Source: an uncultured Alphaproteobacteria bacterium (GTDB lineage Bacteria; Pseudomonadota; Alphaproteobacteria; Rs-D84). Taken from it: a stretch of DNA of 64,000 nt. Each line of letters starts with the position of its first letter. Positions within the stretch are counted from its first letter, which is position 1. Below, in pieces: positions 28,816 through 39,996 of the stretch. The stretch lies in contig CAJOGC010000001.1 of assembly GCA_905234185.1 (NCBI GenBank), positions 31,765-95,764 of the forward strand, written 5' to 3'. A program made the translations under genes and the position numbers. Under the pieces are notes generated by a model. It was not told where the DNA came from and searched no databases. It worked only from the letters and a program-made list of their open reading frames with translations.

Positions 28816-30654
28816 ATGAAAATTCGCAATATTGCAATCATTGCACACGTTGACCACGGAAAAACGACCCTGGTTGATAATATGTTGAAACAAGCCGGAA
28901 CTTTTCGTGAAAACGAAAAGGTCGAAGACCGTGTTATGGACAGTGGCGACATTGAACGCGAACGCGGTATAACTATTTCGGCAAAGCCAACATCTATCCA
29001 ATGGGGCGAATATAAAATTAACATTGTGGACACCCCAGGCCACGCTGATTTTGGCGGTGAAGTTGAACGTATTTTATCCATGGTCGATGGCGTTGTCCTG
29101 TTGGTTGATGCCGCAGAAGGCCCCTTGCCCCAGACTAAGTTCGTTCTGGGTAAAGCATTGAAACTGGGGTTGCGTCCAATTGTTTGCATAAATAAGGTAG
29201 ATAGAAGCGACGCCCGTCCAGACGAAGTTTTAACAGAAACATTTGATTTGTTTGATAAATTAGGCGCAACTGATTCTCAGTTGGATTTTCCATACCTGTA
29301 TTCGGTTGGCCGTGATGGTTGGGCGGTTCGTAATTTAAGCGATGAACACAAAGACCTGACCCCGCTGTTTCAATTGATTGTTGACCATGTGCCGGCACCT
29401 GATTGCAATGGTTCGCGATGCCAGATTGATGCACCTTTTTCCATGTTGGCAACAACACTGGAAGCCGACCCATATGTTGGTCGTATTTTAACGGGTAAAG
29501 TGGAATCAGGCACCGTTCGTGTTGGCCAAACGGTCAAGGCAATTAATATGAACGGTGAATTTATCGAAAACGCCAAAATTACAAAAATAATTGAACACCG
29601 TGGTGTGGAAAAGGTTTCCCGTGACAGCGCGTCCGCCGGCGATATTATTGTTGTTGCTGGATTTTCCAAGGCAACCGTGGCGGATACCCTTTGTGACCCA
29701 TCTGTGACAGAGCCTATTCCGGCAATGCCGATTGACCCACCCACACTTACCATGACATTTTTTGTTAACACATCACCGTTGGCGGGTAAATCTGGCAAAA
29801 AATTAACATCGCGTATGATTGGCGAAAGACTTTTCCGCGAAGCCGAAACAAATATCGCACTAAAAGTCACACAAAGCGCCAACAACGAAAGTTTCGAGGT
29901 TTCTGGTCGTGGCGAATTACAATTGGGTATTTTAATTGAAACAATGCGCCGCGAAGGATTCGAATTATCTGTGTCCCGCCCGCGCGTTGTTATGCAAACG
30001 GGTCCCAACGGCGAAAAACTGGAACCAATCGAAGAAGTCGTTATTGATGTTGATGACGAATTTTCCGGTGTGGTTATTGAAAAGATGACCAAGCGCAAGG
30101 CAACAATTACAGAAATGAAGGCATCGGGTGCCGGCAAAACACGTATCGTGTTTTCCGCCCCGTCACGCGGCCTGATTGGTTATTTGTCCGAATTCCGCAC
30201 CGACACGCGTGGCACCGGTATTATGAATCGTGTGTTTGATAAATATGATGAATATCGTGGTCCCATTTCACAATATCGTCCGGGTGTGCTTGTTTCTATG
30301 GAGGCCGGATCGGCCGCAACATATGCGTTGCACAATCTGGAACCACGTGGCACATTATTTATCGGACCACAAACCGAAGTTTATTCGGGCATGATTATCG
30401 GCGAACACTCCAAAGAAAATGATATAGAGGTTAATCCGGTCAAGGGTAAGCAATTAACAAATGTTCGTTCGGTAACGGCGGACGAAAAACTGTTCCTTGC
30501 CCCGCCCCGTAAAATGAGTCTGGAAGAAGCTTTGTCATACATCCAAGATGACGAATTGGTCGAAGTCACACCCGCGGTAATACGTCTGCGTAAAAAGGAA
30601 CTGGACAGCGGCAAACGCAAAAAAGCATATCGGTTCGCTGAAACCGACGAATAA
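28816..30654 (+). CDS. typA: Translational GTPase TypA/BipA
   Basis: IRNIAIIAHVDHGKTTLVD, DTPGHADFGGEVER, VSGRGELQL, KQLTNVR. Confidence 0.97.
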   Translation: MKIRNIAIIAHVDHGKTTLVDNMLKQAGTFRENEKVEDRVMDSGDIERERGITISAKPTSIQWGEYKINIVDTPGHADFGGEVERILSMVDGVVLLVDAAEGPLPQTKFVLGKALKLGLRPIVCINKVDRSDARPDEVLTETFDLFDKLGATDSQLDFPYLYSVGRDGWAVRNLSDEHKDLTPLFQLIVDHVPAPDCNGSRCQIDAPFSMLATTLEADPYVGRILTGKVESGTVRVGQTVKAINMNGEFIENAKITKIIEHRGVEKVSRDSASAGDIIVVAGFSKATVADTLCDPSVTEPIPAMPIDPPTLTMTFFVNTSPLAGKSGKKLTSRMIGERLFREAETNIALKVTQSANNESFEVSGRGELQLGILIETMRREGFELSVSRPRVVMQTGPNGEKLEPIEEVVIDVDDEFSGVVIEKMTKRKATITEMKASGAGKTRIVFSAPSRGLIGYLSEFRTDTRGTGIMNRVFDKYDEYRGPISQYRPGVLVSMEAGSAATYALHNLEPRGTLFIGPQTEVYSGMIIGEHSKENDIEVNPVKGKQLTNVRSVTADEKLFLAPPRKMSLEEALSYIQDDELVEVTPAVIRLRKKELDSGKRKKAYRFAETDE

Positions 30655-30658
30655 ACAA

Positions 30659-30680
30659 ACCCGCCCGACTGGGCGGTATG
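30659..30680. terminator. Hairpin terminator between convergent genes
   Basis: ccgccc-gact-gggcgg. Confidence 0.6.
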
Positions 30681-30683
30681 TTT

Positions 30684-31874
30684 TTATCTAATTTTCGACC
30701 TTAAGAACGCACGATATTTTTTACGGTTATCGCGTCCCGGGATTACACACGCAGACAATTTTATAAACACATTTAATATCTTGTATATGCATGTTTCCGC
30801 CGTATGCGTATCATTATAAATTTCATAAAGCCGATTATATTCATCCAAATCAGACCTATTCATATCCATATCGTCATCATTATATTTTATTCCAAAATCG
30901 TCCATAAATTTACGCATATATTTTGTCATACCAATAATTTGTGGCACATCGGAATAATGTGCCGTTTTATTTTTTTCAACGGACGCGGACACAAAAACAC
31001 CGCGTAACCCACGGGTTTTATTTATCAATGTTTGTGTACCAGCGGAATCTTTATTTTTACGATTTCGTTTAATCTGAATCACGGTACCACCACGCGGCAT
31101 AAACAATGCCAAGTGCAGTCCTGTCCCAGCACACCCAGCCAATATATTACAATGCCCGACAACCGCCGCCTGGTCCCGCAGAGACATTGTTTCCGGATAA
31201 ATTATTTTGAACCCATTCCGTTTGAAAATGTTCTGAATTTTTTCCTCGCCCAGTGTTCTGCGTGTTCCCATTTTAGCACGCGAAATATAAAGTTTTTTAC
31301 TATACCGCCCCACCCCATTATCTATATTCTTTACAATATAATCAAAAACTTTTCCATATTCCGGCGATGTATATCTGAACATATCAAACGATTGGGTCGG
31401 AACATACACATTTCTGAAACGTGTTGTTTTATCGATTATGATTATATGTTCCCGGGGTACACCAACCATTTCCACCATATTGTACATAAATTGCGGAACA
31501 GCAACCCCTTTATAATTAGCAAACACCACATATTTATCATGCATATCATTACCAAGCATGGCGTACATCCGACAAAAATGTTCCAACAAAAAATGTCCAA
31601 AATGAGGCATTACCCCGCCAATATACACAACATCTTTGTCCACAAAATCGATATCATTTTTTGATATTTTCGGTATACGTTGGCGCGCATTACCACGTGT
31701 TTTGAAGCTTTCCCGCACAAAATGCAAATTGTTGTCAAAAACACCATAACTGCCATTTTCAACAGCAATGATGCCTTTTTTTATATGAACGATTTTATTT
31801 TCCCGAATGCCACAACGACATGTATTACGCCAAAACCAAAATTTATAGAAAAAATCCGAATAAATAGTAACCAT
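30684..31874 (-). CDS. Glycosyltransferase family 61 protein
   Basis: HFGHFLLE, LYISR, PETMSL.DQ, G..GTGLH..LF. Confidence 0.8.
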   Translation of the reverse strand: MVTIYSDFFYKFWFWRNTCRCGIRENKIVHIKKGIIAVENGSYGVFDNNLHFVRESFKTRGNARQRIPKISKNDIDFVDKDVVYIGGVMPHFGHFLLEHFCRMYAMLGNDMHDKYVVFANYKGVAVPQFMYNMVEMVGVPREHIIIIDKTTRFRNVYVPTQSFDMFRYTSPEYGKVFDYIVKNIDNGVGRYSKKLYISRAKMGTRRTLGEEKIQNIFKRNGFKIIYPETMSLRDQAAVVGHCNILAGCAGTGLHLALFMPRGGTVIQIKRNRKNKDSAGTQTLINKTRGLRGVFVSASVEKNKTAHYSDVPQIIGMTKYMRKFMDDFGIKYNDDDMDMNRSDLDEYNRLYEIYNDTHTAETCIYKILNVFIKLSACVIPGRDNRKKYRAFLRSKIR

Positions 31875-32003
31875 TTTCAATCACCACACCCACATCGAAC
31901 TATACACCCCACCCACCCGCGTTCGCAAGTATGAAATATCGTAAAAGTTTATTCTGTTGCAAAGCAATCATAAACCGGTTATCTTTCAATCAAAGGATTA
32001 AAC

Positions 32004-32942
32004 ATGGCACTACCACACATTTCAAAACCAAGGAAAATATTATCCCAAGTTTTAACATTCTGGATTCCGTCCAAGAAATATCGCCGTGCATTTCGCGGCA
32101 TGCTGCAATTTGGCCTTGTTAAACGGTGGCGCGTTTTGCGTAATGACCGCAAAAAACACTTCGAAAACGAGATTGCGATCGGTGCCATTATGAAGGACGA
32201 AGGGCCCTATCTAAAAGAATGGTTGGATTTTCATATCCTTGTCGGAATTACAAAATTTTATCTTTATGACAATGATTCGACCGATAATACGCGCGACATA
32301 TTGAAACCATATATCGAACGTGGCATTGTCGAATATCACTGGTTCCCGGGCAAATGTATGCAATTGCCGGCATACCTGGAAATTATAAACAATCATTCGG
32401 ATGACACGCGCTGGTTGGCATTAATCGATTTGGACGAATTTTTAGTTCCGGTTCACCACGAAACAGTGTCCGAATTTTTACATACTATGCCGTCAAATTT
32501 TGCCCAGTTAATTGTCACATGGGTAATATATGGATCATCGGGCCATAAAACAAAACCCGATGGATTGTTAATGGAAAACTACAAACATCATGCCAAGAAT
32601 ACATTTGGAATCAAGGCCATTGTAAATCCGCGTCTTTTGGTGGAATATACATGCTTGCACCAAAACCTTGTTGCGGGATGGACGATTGACAATAATGGTA
32701 AAAAACTGGGGCATACACACCAATCAACAAATCCACCGGCGTATAATAATCTGCGACTTAATCATTATTATACTAAATCATACGAAGAATATATGGCCAA
32801 ATTCAAGCGCGGCACCGCCACCGGCGAAAGTAGCGAATATCGGAATGCGGAAAAATTCAAACTGTATGATCGCAACGAAGTCTATGACGACATCATGGAT
32901 AAATATATCGAAAAACTGCACGTTATGAATTCTGGCGAATAA
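32004..32942 (+). CDS. Glycosyltransferase family 92 / GT-A fold protein
   Basis: AIMKDEGPYLKEWL.FH...G...FYLYDN.S.D, WLALIDLDEF, LNHYYTKS.EE. Confidence 0.85.
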   Translation: MALPHISKPRKILSQVLTFWIPSKKYRRAFRGMLQFGLVKRWRVLRNDRKKHFENEIAIGAIMKDEGPYLKEWLDFHILVGITKFYLYDNDSTDNTRDILKPYIERGIVEYHWFPGKCMQLPAYLEIINNHSDDTRWLALIDLDEFLVPVHHETVSEFLHTMPSNFAQLIVTWVIYGSSGHKTKPDGLLMENYKHHAKNTFGIKAIVNPRLLVEYTCLHQNLVAGWTIDNNGKKLGHTHQSTNPPAYNNLRLNHYYTKSYEEYMAKFKRGTATGESSEYRNAEKFKLYDRNEVYDDIMDKYIEKLHVMNSGE

Positions 32943-33924
32943 AATCTAATATTCGTCGACGATATCGACGCGCATGCATTCCCGGCGCTAAATCCAGTAC
33001 GCCAACGGTTTGTAATTTTTTGAATGCATCGGCAATGTCGCGCCGAGTTGCGACATCTGTTGTCCGCATTGCATCACGATATACGCGACTTAATATCGAC
33101 CATAAAAATCGTTTATACCAAATTCGCGCATCACGCCGATTCGCCTTTTTGCGATATTCATCGGCCATCTTACCAAAACCAGCAATGGTTCCAACCGCCG
33201 TTTGTCCCGCCCCGGCATGCAATGCCGATGTTGCATTGACAGTGTAATAATACAATGGCAACCGCGTAATAACACCACTTAGTCGGCGCATCAATACCAT
33301 TGACCAAAAAAGTGTATCTTCGAACACGCGCATTTTTGTATCAAAGCGCAAGTCGTTTATTGCGCGCCGTCTGTACATGCGCATCCATATCATTCCATTT
33401 TGCACATACCATGACCGTGGTCCAAAATCACTGTTCGTTGATCGTGTAATAAGGTTTTTTACATATTTATATTTTATCTTATCTGTATCATATTTATTTT
33501 TAAATGATTCGGGCATTTTGTCCGGTGGAAAATTGACCGCATCCGGCGCATTATGTGCCACACGATCATATTCAAACGCAACCACATCAACATCTTCTCG
33601 CCGTGCAATCTTGTAAAGAATTTCCATTGTTTGCGGATGAATACAGTCGTCCGCGTCCAGAAACATGATATATTCCCCATCGGCCATATCCAACGCTGTA
33701 TTGCGCGCCGCTGAAACACCGGCATTTTTCTTGTGCACAACGATAAAACGGTCATCATGTGCCGCATATTTATCCGCAATTTTGCCGGAATCGTCAGGTG
33801 AACCATCATCAACCAAAATCGCAGACCAATCATAAAAAGTCTGATTCAACACCGAATCCAGGCATCGTGGTAAATATTTTTCGACATTATATATTGGAAT
33901 AATTATGGTTATTTTATGTGACAT
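32923..33924 (-). CDS. Glycosyltransferase family 2
   Basis: IIIPIYNVEKYL.RCLDS, VDDGSPD, FLDADD. Confidence 0.9.
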   Translation of the reverse strand: MSHKITIIIPIYNVEKYLPRCLDSVLNQTFYDWSAILVDDGSPDDSGKIADKYAAHDDRFIVVHKKNAGVSAARNTALDMADGEYIMFLDADDCIHPQTMEILYKIARREDVDVVAFEYDRVAHNAPDAVNFPPDKMPESFKNKYDTDKIKYKYVKNLITRSTNSDFGPRSWYVQNGMIWMRMYRRRAINDLRFDTKMRVFEDTLFWSMVLMRRLSGVITRLPLYYYTVNATSALHAGAGQTAVGTIAGFGKMADEYRKKANRRDARIWYKRFLWSILSRVYRDAMRTTDVATRRDIADAFKKLQTVGVLDLAPGMHARRYRRRILDFIRQNS

Positions 33925-33990
33925 TGTTTTACCCTGTTGCAAAATCGTCTCAAAACGTGTAAATTATATTATGAAAAAGGAATAAAATCC

Positions 33991-34836
33991 ATGACAAAAC
34001 GTTTGTTTCTTTTCGCGGGCTATGATGCAAATGGCATTATTGACGATGCATTAATTTACTATGTGCGCGCATTATCACGACATGGCGATGTAATATTATG
34101 CATGGACAATGACTGTAAAAAATCAGAACTTGATAAAATAAAGCCATTTGTCTTGCATCCAATTGCGATTCGTCATGGCGAATATGATTTTGGTTCTTAT
34201 AAACGGGCCTATGTTTGGGCACGCGATAAAAAAATATTAACACATTATGATAATATTTACCTTGTGAATGATTCTGTATTTGGCCCATTATATGATGTGG
34301 CAACCACAATAAGAAAAATGGAATCCACAAAAACAGACGCCACCGGTTTGGTTATCGCCACCCATAAAACACATGAATATATGGAATCTTGGTTTGTCCG
34401 GTTAAACAAGCGAATATTTATGTCCAAATGGTTTGACGCATTTATGTCATCGGTTCAACACGAAGAATATAAATATATTATAACGGTAAAATATGAACAT
34501 GGGTTGACGAACATTATCAGAAACAATGGTTGTTCTTTTGCGGCCGTTTATACTGTACGGGGACGCTATACATACAATCATCCCAAACGATTATTCCAAC
34601 GCGGCTGTCCATTTATAAAACGCGCATGTTTTACCCGACATAATGGTGCCGCCGGTGCACAAATAAGATATGTATTGTGTCATGGTGCAAAAGGTGCATG
34701 CAACGCTATAATTAATACTGCGAACCGGGTTTATGGTGTTGGGTATATGAACTGGCTATTAACCAGCAACCCCATAAAGATTATGATTCGCAACATTAAA
34801 TATGCACATAAAAAACTAAAAAGTGGCGAAATATGA
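33991..34836 (+). CDS. Rhamnan synthesis protein F (RgpF)-like
   Basis: LFAGYD..G.IDD...YY, YDFGSYK, LVNDSVFGP, YE.GLT, PFIKR. Confidence 0.75.
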   Translation: MTKRLFLFAGYDANGIIDDALIYYVRALSRHGDVILCMDNDCKKSELDKIKPFVLHPIAIRHGEYDFGSYKRAYVWARDKKILTHYDNIYLVNDSVFGPLYDVATTIRKMESTKTDATGLVIATHKTHEYMESWFVRLNKRIFMSKWFDAFMSSVQHEEYKYIITVKYEHGLTNIIRNNGCSFAAVYTVRGRYTYNHPKRLFQRGCPFIKRACFTRHNGAAGAQIRYVLCHGAKGACNAIINTANRVYGVGYMNWLLTSNPIKIMIRNIKYAHKKLKSGEI

Positions 34837-35669
34837 AAAAATCGAAAAAAATTGCGGCAATTACAATGGCACGCGACGATGAATTTTTCTTGTCACGCTG
34901 GATTGCGTACTATGGCAAACAACTGGGGACGGAAAACCTGTATATTTTATTGGATGGCACCGACCAGAAAAAACCCGCAAACGCCGGAAACGCGCACATA
35001 AAGAAACTTGCACACACGGCTATGTCGCGCGCCGCGGGTGATAAATATCGTATTGGTAAATTGACCGATTTAGCGCATGAGTTATTGAAAAATTATGATA
35101 TTGTGATTGGCTGTGATTCTGATGAATTCCTGGTTGTTGACCCAAACACAAAAAAGACATTGGCGGAATATCTATCTGAATCAAACATAAAAACAACCGT
35201 ATCTGGGCTGGGCCTGGACATTGGCCAACACATGAAACTGGAAAAACCGTTGGATTGTGATATGGCATTATTAGAACAACGCGAATATGCCCTGATTTCC
35301 ACACGATACACAAAACCCGTTGTCATAAACAAACCTGTCCGTTGGGGCAGCGGATTTCACAGTATAAAAAGTCATAATTTTCACATAGACCCAAATTTAT
35401 ATCTTTTGCATTTTGGCGCGGTTGACATGAACATGCTGATAAAAAAAGCGGAAAAACGCGGGGCCGATTGGGTAAACCATCTGCACCGTCGTGGCAATGG
35501 CACCATTAACGCCGTCACATCAAAAAAACCGCAACCCGAACAATTCATGCACATAGCGCGAATTATGCAACAAATTTTTCGCCCTATATATGCTTTTGAT
35601 AAACCTGGCATGTTGGGATTAAAACGCGTTGTAAAAATACCAGAAAGATTTAAGATTTACGATTTATAA
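34833..35669 (+). CDS. Glycosyltransferase family 2-like (GT-A)
   Basis: TMARDD.FFL.RWI.YY, DSDEFLV, W..GFH, LLHF. Confidence 0.8.
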   Translation: MKKSKKIAAITMARDDEFFLSRWIAYYGKQLGTENLYILLDGTDQKKPANAGNAHIKKLAHTAMSRAAGDKYRIGKLTDLAHELLKNYDIVIGCDSDEFLVVDPNTKKTLAEYLSESNIKTTVSGLGLDIGQHMKLEKPLDCDMALLEQREYALISTRYTKPVVINKPVRWGSGFHSIKSHNFHIDPNLYLLHFGAVDMNMLIKKAEKRGADWVNHLHRRGNGTINAVTSKKPQPEQFMHIARIMQQIFRPIYAFDKPGMLGLKRVVKIPERFKIYDL

Positions 35670-36804
35670 TTTCTGATTTTATCTGGGTCGCAATTTCATT
35701 CGCATCAAAACGTTTCAGATTTTTTGTTGCAACATTTATCATTTTTTTGACATCGACCGTATTATTGTAAACGGCATCCATGTGTTGTGCCAATCTGCCC
35801 GCATCACCAACATTAAACAACAGTCCCGCCCGTCCGTCCATTAAAACCTCTCGCGGACCAAAGGCACAATCAGATGCTATGTTCAATGTTCCAACGGCCA
35901 TTGATTCTATTAACACGATGGCAAACCCCTCACCAACACTGGACAATATATTCGCACGCGCCCCACGCATAAATCCGAACGGATTTTCAACAGTACCCAT
36001 AAATATAATATGTTCTTTTGCGGACACGCCACGCGCAAACGATTCCAATTGTGGCCGCGAATAACCATCACCAACGATTACCAAATTAATATCCGGTTTA
36101 TTGTTTTTTTGCCAGAATGCATCAAATGCGCGAATCACGGTTTCAATATCCTTACCATTAACCAGTCGCGAAACACATACAAAATAATCCCCATCATACC
36201 CGGTTTCATTGGCGGCTATATTGCGAATTTCGATTAAATCCAACGGATTATAAATTCGTATAATTTTATCGACATATTGTGGATATTCGTGGCGCAATTC
36301 ATCGGCAAAAGCATCCGTCAAAACAACAAAACGGTCATATTCAGATAAATAACGCACATATCCACCATGGTGAAATTTTGCTGTCGAAGAATGCCACCAC
36401 GCTATTTTCGGTATATTCAATTTAGCAATTTCACGCACACAATCAAAATCATAATAATCAACAACAACATCTATGTCACGGAACATGCGTTTGTTGAATA
36501 ACAATCGCCACATCCAACGATAACTATCGCGCACTATGTGCTTTGATACACGCCACACAAAGAAATGTGGTAAATCAGTTCCCAGATATTTGCATGGATA
36601 CAATGTCCGCACAGAAATATTTTTATGCACATCGAACCACCGCCGCCATCTGTCACGAATTGGTGTATATGTAATCACAATTATATTCAAATCCGAAAAT
36701 GACGACAACTTATCCAGTGTCCGCACAAGAACACTTTCGACCCCCCCGACCTTCATGTCACGCAAACAAAATGCAACATTAATTTTGCGTTTTTTATTCA
36801 CCAT
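35650..36804 (-). CDS. Glycosyltransferase family 4 (GT-B)
   Basis: GGVESV, VSRL...K, IVGDG, SS..EGF..VLIESM. Confidence 0.9.
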   Translation of the reverse strand: MVNKKRKINVAFCLRDMKVGGVESVLVRTLDKLSSFSDLNIIVITYTPIRDRWRRWFDVHKNISVRTLYPCKYLGTDLPHFFVWRVSKHIVRDSYRWMWRLLFNKRMFRDIDVVVDYYDFDCVREIAKLNIPKIAWWHSSTAKFHHGGYVRYLSEYDRFVVLTDAFADELRHEYPQYVDKIIRIYNPLDLIEIRNIAANETGYDGDYFVCVSRLVNGKDIETVIRAFDAFWQKNNKPDINLVIVGDGYSRPQLESFARGVSAKEHIIFMGTVENPFGFMRGARANILSSVGEGFAIVLIESMAVGTLNIASDCAFGPREVLMDGRAGLLFNVGDAGRLAQHMDAVYNNTVDVKKMINVATKNLKRFDANEIATQIKSEIINRKS

Positions 36805-37826
36805 TACTTAATATCCCCGCGCGCAAATCGTATAAGGTTATATTTCATATCACACCATTCACATGTCGGACATTCCAACGCCCCCGACAAAACTAAATCC
36901 CGCATACATTGACGCGCAGATTCACGATCCGCCGGTGTTTCCATATATCGCACCTTGCGGAAAGCCCAATGCACAAAATACCACATAAAATTATCCGCCC
37001 ACATTTTCAATTGATAAGGTGTGGCATGTTCACGATATGCCGCATAAGAAGTTTCGATGCCGATACACAAACTCTGCATAATTCGCAACTGTTTTGCAGC
37101 CAACACAATGCCATTAAAATTCGGTATATAGAAATACAACGGCAAAGGCATAATCGTGACCCTTGGGTTTTTCAACATAACAACGGACCACCATGGAAAA
37201 TCTTCGAACAAAATACCCTTAATAAACGGTATATCGGCAATTAATTCACGACGATACATATTCTTCCAAACCTGGCAATGCTTAATAAGCCATTTGCGTC
37301 TGGGATGGAACATATTATGTGTCCGTTCTGTTGCATACTGATACACATCGTTTGTGACCAATGTCTTTATTTTATTAGGTTTATATTTTTTGTAAAGACG
37401 ACGCGGCACAACATTATCCGTCCGCATATGCAAAAAATGCCGCACGATAAGTTGTGGTCGATAATGCCGATCATATGTAAAAGAAACAATATCAGAGTTA
37501 TCCCGTTGGGCCATATAGTAAGCCAATTCCATCGTTTGCGGATGGATAAAATCATCACTGTCCAGATACATGATATATTCGCCACGCGCATGCGGGAATC
37601 CGGCGTTTCGTGCATCTGACAAACCACCGTTTTTCTTGTTCACAATTTTGAACCGTTTATCCCGCGCGGCATATTCTGCTAATATTTTATCAGAATTATC
37701 GGGGCTGCCATCGTTTACACAAATTGCCTCCCAATCAGAAAAAGTCTGATTCAGAACGCTGTCCAAACACCGCCGCAGATATTTTTCAACATTATACACC
37801 GGTATTATTATAGATATTGCTGGCAT
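36804..37826 (-). CDS. Glycosyltransferase family 2
   Basis: SIIIPVYNVEKYL.RCLDS, VNDGSPD, YLDSDD, FED. Confidence 0.9.
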   Translation of the reverse strand: MPAISIIIPVYNVEKYLRRCLDSVLNQTFSDWEAICVNDGSPDNSDKILAEYAARDKRFKIVNKKNGGLSDARNAGFPHARGEYIMYLDSDDFIHPQTMELAYYMAQRDNSDIVSFTYDRHYRPQLIVRHFLHMRTDNVVPRRLYKKYKPNKIKTLVTNDVYQYATERTHNMFHPRRKWLIKHCQVWKNMYRRELIADIPFIKGILFEDFPWWSVVMLKNPRVTIMPLPLYFYIPNFNGIVLAAKQLRIMQSLCIGIETSYAAYREHATPYQLKMWADNFMWYFVHWAFRKVRYMETPADRESARQCMRDLVLSGALECPTCEWCDMKYNLIRFARGDIK

Positions 37827-37842
37827 AGGCGCCCCCGTGGTT

Positions 37843-38757
37843 TTATTTATACATCTTGTTTATCATGACATCCGCGAATGATCCGGGTATCGGATGTTCC
37901 GTTCCACGATAAGTTGTTTTCTGGAAAAATGATTCTGATGTTAATTTATCAAATATCTTTTTATCAAATGGTTTATCCTGATACGCCCACCATAACGCGT
38001 GTGTGGGATCTTGATCAACGTGCGGCATTTTTTTGAAATGTTTTTTCGCGCGCGAATCATTTTCAACCAATGTTCTGAATAATAATTGGTGCATAAAATA
38101 ATCAAAAGTATGATTTTCGTGCATCCAATAATCCAAAATCATAGCACGCCACGCCGCTAACAAATAAGCCCCCCGTCGTGCGCGGATAAAACAATTCTGC
38201 ATAAACGAATATGGACTGCCCCCGATGTTATAATTATGCCCCGCCAAATATACAAAGAAGTCTTCGTCACTTATCCACTTTGGAATCGGCGATGTCACAA
38301 ACCCCGTTGCGTCAAGCCAATATCCGCCATAGCGATATAATAATTCTACACGACAAATATCCGCAAAATGTGCATTACCTATTTTCCCGTCACGATATTT
38401 ATTCACAATTTCGACCGGCAAATCGATATAGTCAAAAATCGTATCTGCATCCAAAATAACCAATTCCTGTTTACAGTGTTTTCTGACACTCTTGAAACAT
38501 GCCTTTACTAACTTTGGTGCCTTTGCTTCGCCTTGCAACCAGATTGTCCAAATTTTGTCGTTTTTATCATTGTTCACAACGGGTTCTTCAACAACCGTGG
38601 CCGCCGCGGGTAAATAGCGCCTAAAATATTTCGTTGCTATCTTGGCGGTATAATCTGTTCGAACACGGCGACGAGCGGCGCGTTCACGCCACGGCCAGTT
38701 TAATATATGACCATGAATAACAATTTTGGTCAACGCCCACATACGTGCTATTTTCAT
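37843..38757 (-). CDS. Capsular polysaccharide synthesis protein (GT32-like)
   Basis: IWTIWLQG...AP.LV..C..S, HFADICR.ELLY.YGG.WLDAT, DYF. Confidence 0.85.
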   Translation of the reverse strand: MKIARMWALTKIVIHGHILNWPWRERAARRRVRTDYTAKIATKYFRRYLPAAATVVEEPVVNNDKNDKIWTIWLQGEAKAPKLVKACFKSVRKHCKQELVILDADTIFDYIDLPVEIVNKYRDGKIGNAHFADICRVELLYRYGGYWLDATGFVTSPIPKWISDEDFFVYLAGHNYNIGGSPYSFMQNCFIRARRGAYLLAAWRAMILDYWMHENHTFDYFMHQLLFRTLVENDSRAKKHFKKMPHVDQDPTHALWWAYQDKPFDKKIFDKLTSESFFQKTTYRGTEHPIPGSFADVMINKMYK

Positions 38758-38827
38758 ATTTTTCCTTTTTATTATCCTTCAAAATCTGTTTTCAATATTT
38801 TCATCTTGCTATCCTTATAACAATCAT

Positions 38828-38855
38828 TGTGGGACAGGATGAAACCCGTCCCACA
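38828..38855. terminator. Hairpin downstream of recA (terminator or REP-like unit)
   Basis: tgtgggac...gtcccaca inverted repeat. Confidence 0.5.
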
Positions 38856-38860
38856 CATAC

Positions 38861-39934
38861 TTATTCTGCAACATCAACCGTGTCTTCTTCGGACGGTCCG
38901 GTTGTCATTTCTTCGGCGATACCGGATGAACGCGCCATAATTTTATCAAGCAATTCTTGCTGAACATCCGGATGGTCTTTCAACCACTGGCGCGCGTTTG
39001 CTTCACCCTGACCTATTCTTTCATTATTATATGAATAGAAAGAACCAGCCTTTTCAATAAAATCGTATTTCACCCCCATATCAAGTATTTCACTGATACG
39101 GGAAATACCTTCGCCATACATAATCTTAAAGTCAACGGTACGGAACGGCGGCGCAACCTTGTTTTTAACAATTTTGACCCGCGTTTCATTTCCAACCACA
39201 TTTTCTTTATCCTTAATCGCCCCCGTCCGGCGAATATCCAAACGCACCGACGCATAGAATTTCAACGCATTTCCGCCCGATGTTGTTTCGGGATTACCGA
39301 ACATAACACCAATCTTCATACGAATCTGATTAATAAAGATAAGCAATGTATTACTGCGTGATACGCTGCCCGCCAATTTTTTCAATGACTGCGACATCAA
39401 ACGCGCGGTTGTTCCGACAAACGAATCGCCAATATTACCCTCTAATTCCGCCTTGGGCACCAATGCCGCAACCGAATCGATAACCACGACATCGACCGCC
39501 CCAGACTTGATAAGGGTGTCCGCGATTTCCAATGCCTGTTCACCCGAATCAGGTTGAGAGATAATTAATTCAGAAACATTAACACCCAATTTTTTCGCAT
39601 AAGATGGATCCAGCGCATTTTCCGCATCAATATATGCACATGTGCCACCTTTCTTTTGTGCTTCGGCCACAGCGTGCAATGCCAACGTTGTTTTACCAGA
39701 ACTTTCCGGACCATATATTTCAACAATGCGACCACGCGGATACCCACCGATTCCCAACGCAATATCCAACCCCAAAGAACCAGATGAAATCGCCTCTATA
39801 TTCTGGACCGAACCATCGCCCATTTTCATGATTGCTTCTTTACCAAACTGCTTCTGAATTTGGGCCAAAGCAGATTCCAACGCCGGATTTCTTGTCGGCG
39901 CAGATACTTCTTTTGAAACTTCTTTTTTTGCCAT
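38861..39934 (-). CDS. recA: Recombinase RecA
   Basis: [44 protein letters not shown]. Confidence 0.99.
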   Translation of the reverse strand: MAKKEVSKEVSAPTRNPALESALAQIQKQFGKEAIMKMGDGSVQNIEAISSGSLGLDIALGIGGYPRGRIVEIYGPESSGKTTLALHAVAEAQKKGGTCAYIDAENALDPSYAKKLGVNVSELIISQPDSGEQALEIADTLIKSGAVDVVVIDSVAALVPKAELEGNIGDSFVGTTARLMSQSLKKLAGSVSRSNTLLIFINQIRMKIGVMFGNPETTSGGNALKFYASVRLDIRRTGAIKDKENVVGNETRVKIVKNKVAPPFRTVDFKIMYGEGISRISEILDMGVKYDFIEKAGSFYSYNNERIGQGEANARQWLKDHPDVQQELLDKIMARSSGIAEEMTTGPSEEDTVDVAE

Positions 39935-39996
39935 TAAAATTCCCCTTTACTTAACAGGCAAATCATACTAAGAAAAACCGCACCACGCAACAGATT

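Noticed and set aside
29370..30137. Long antisense ORFs (for example opposite typA, mutL, ftsK and addB)
   Set aside because: These are shadow frames of well-supported genes with no motifs or RBS.
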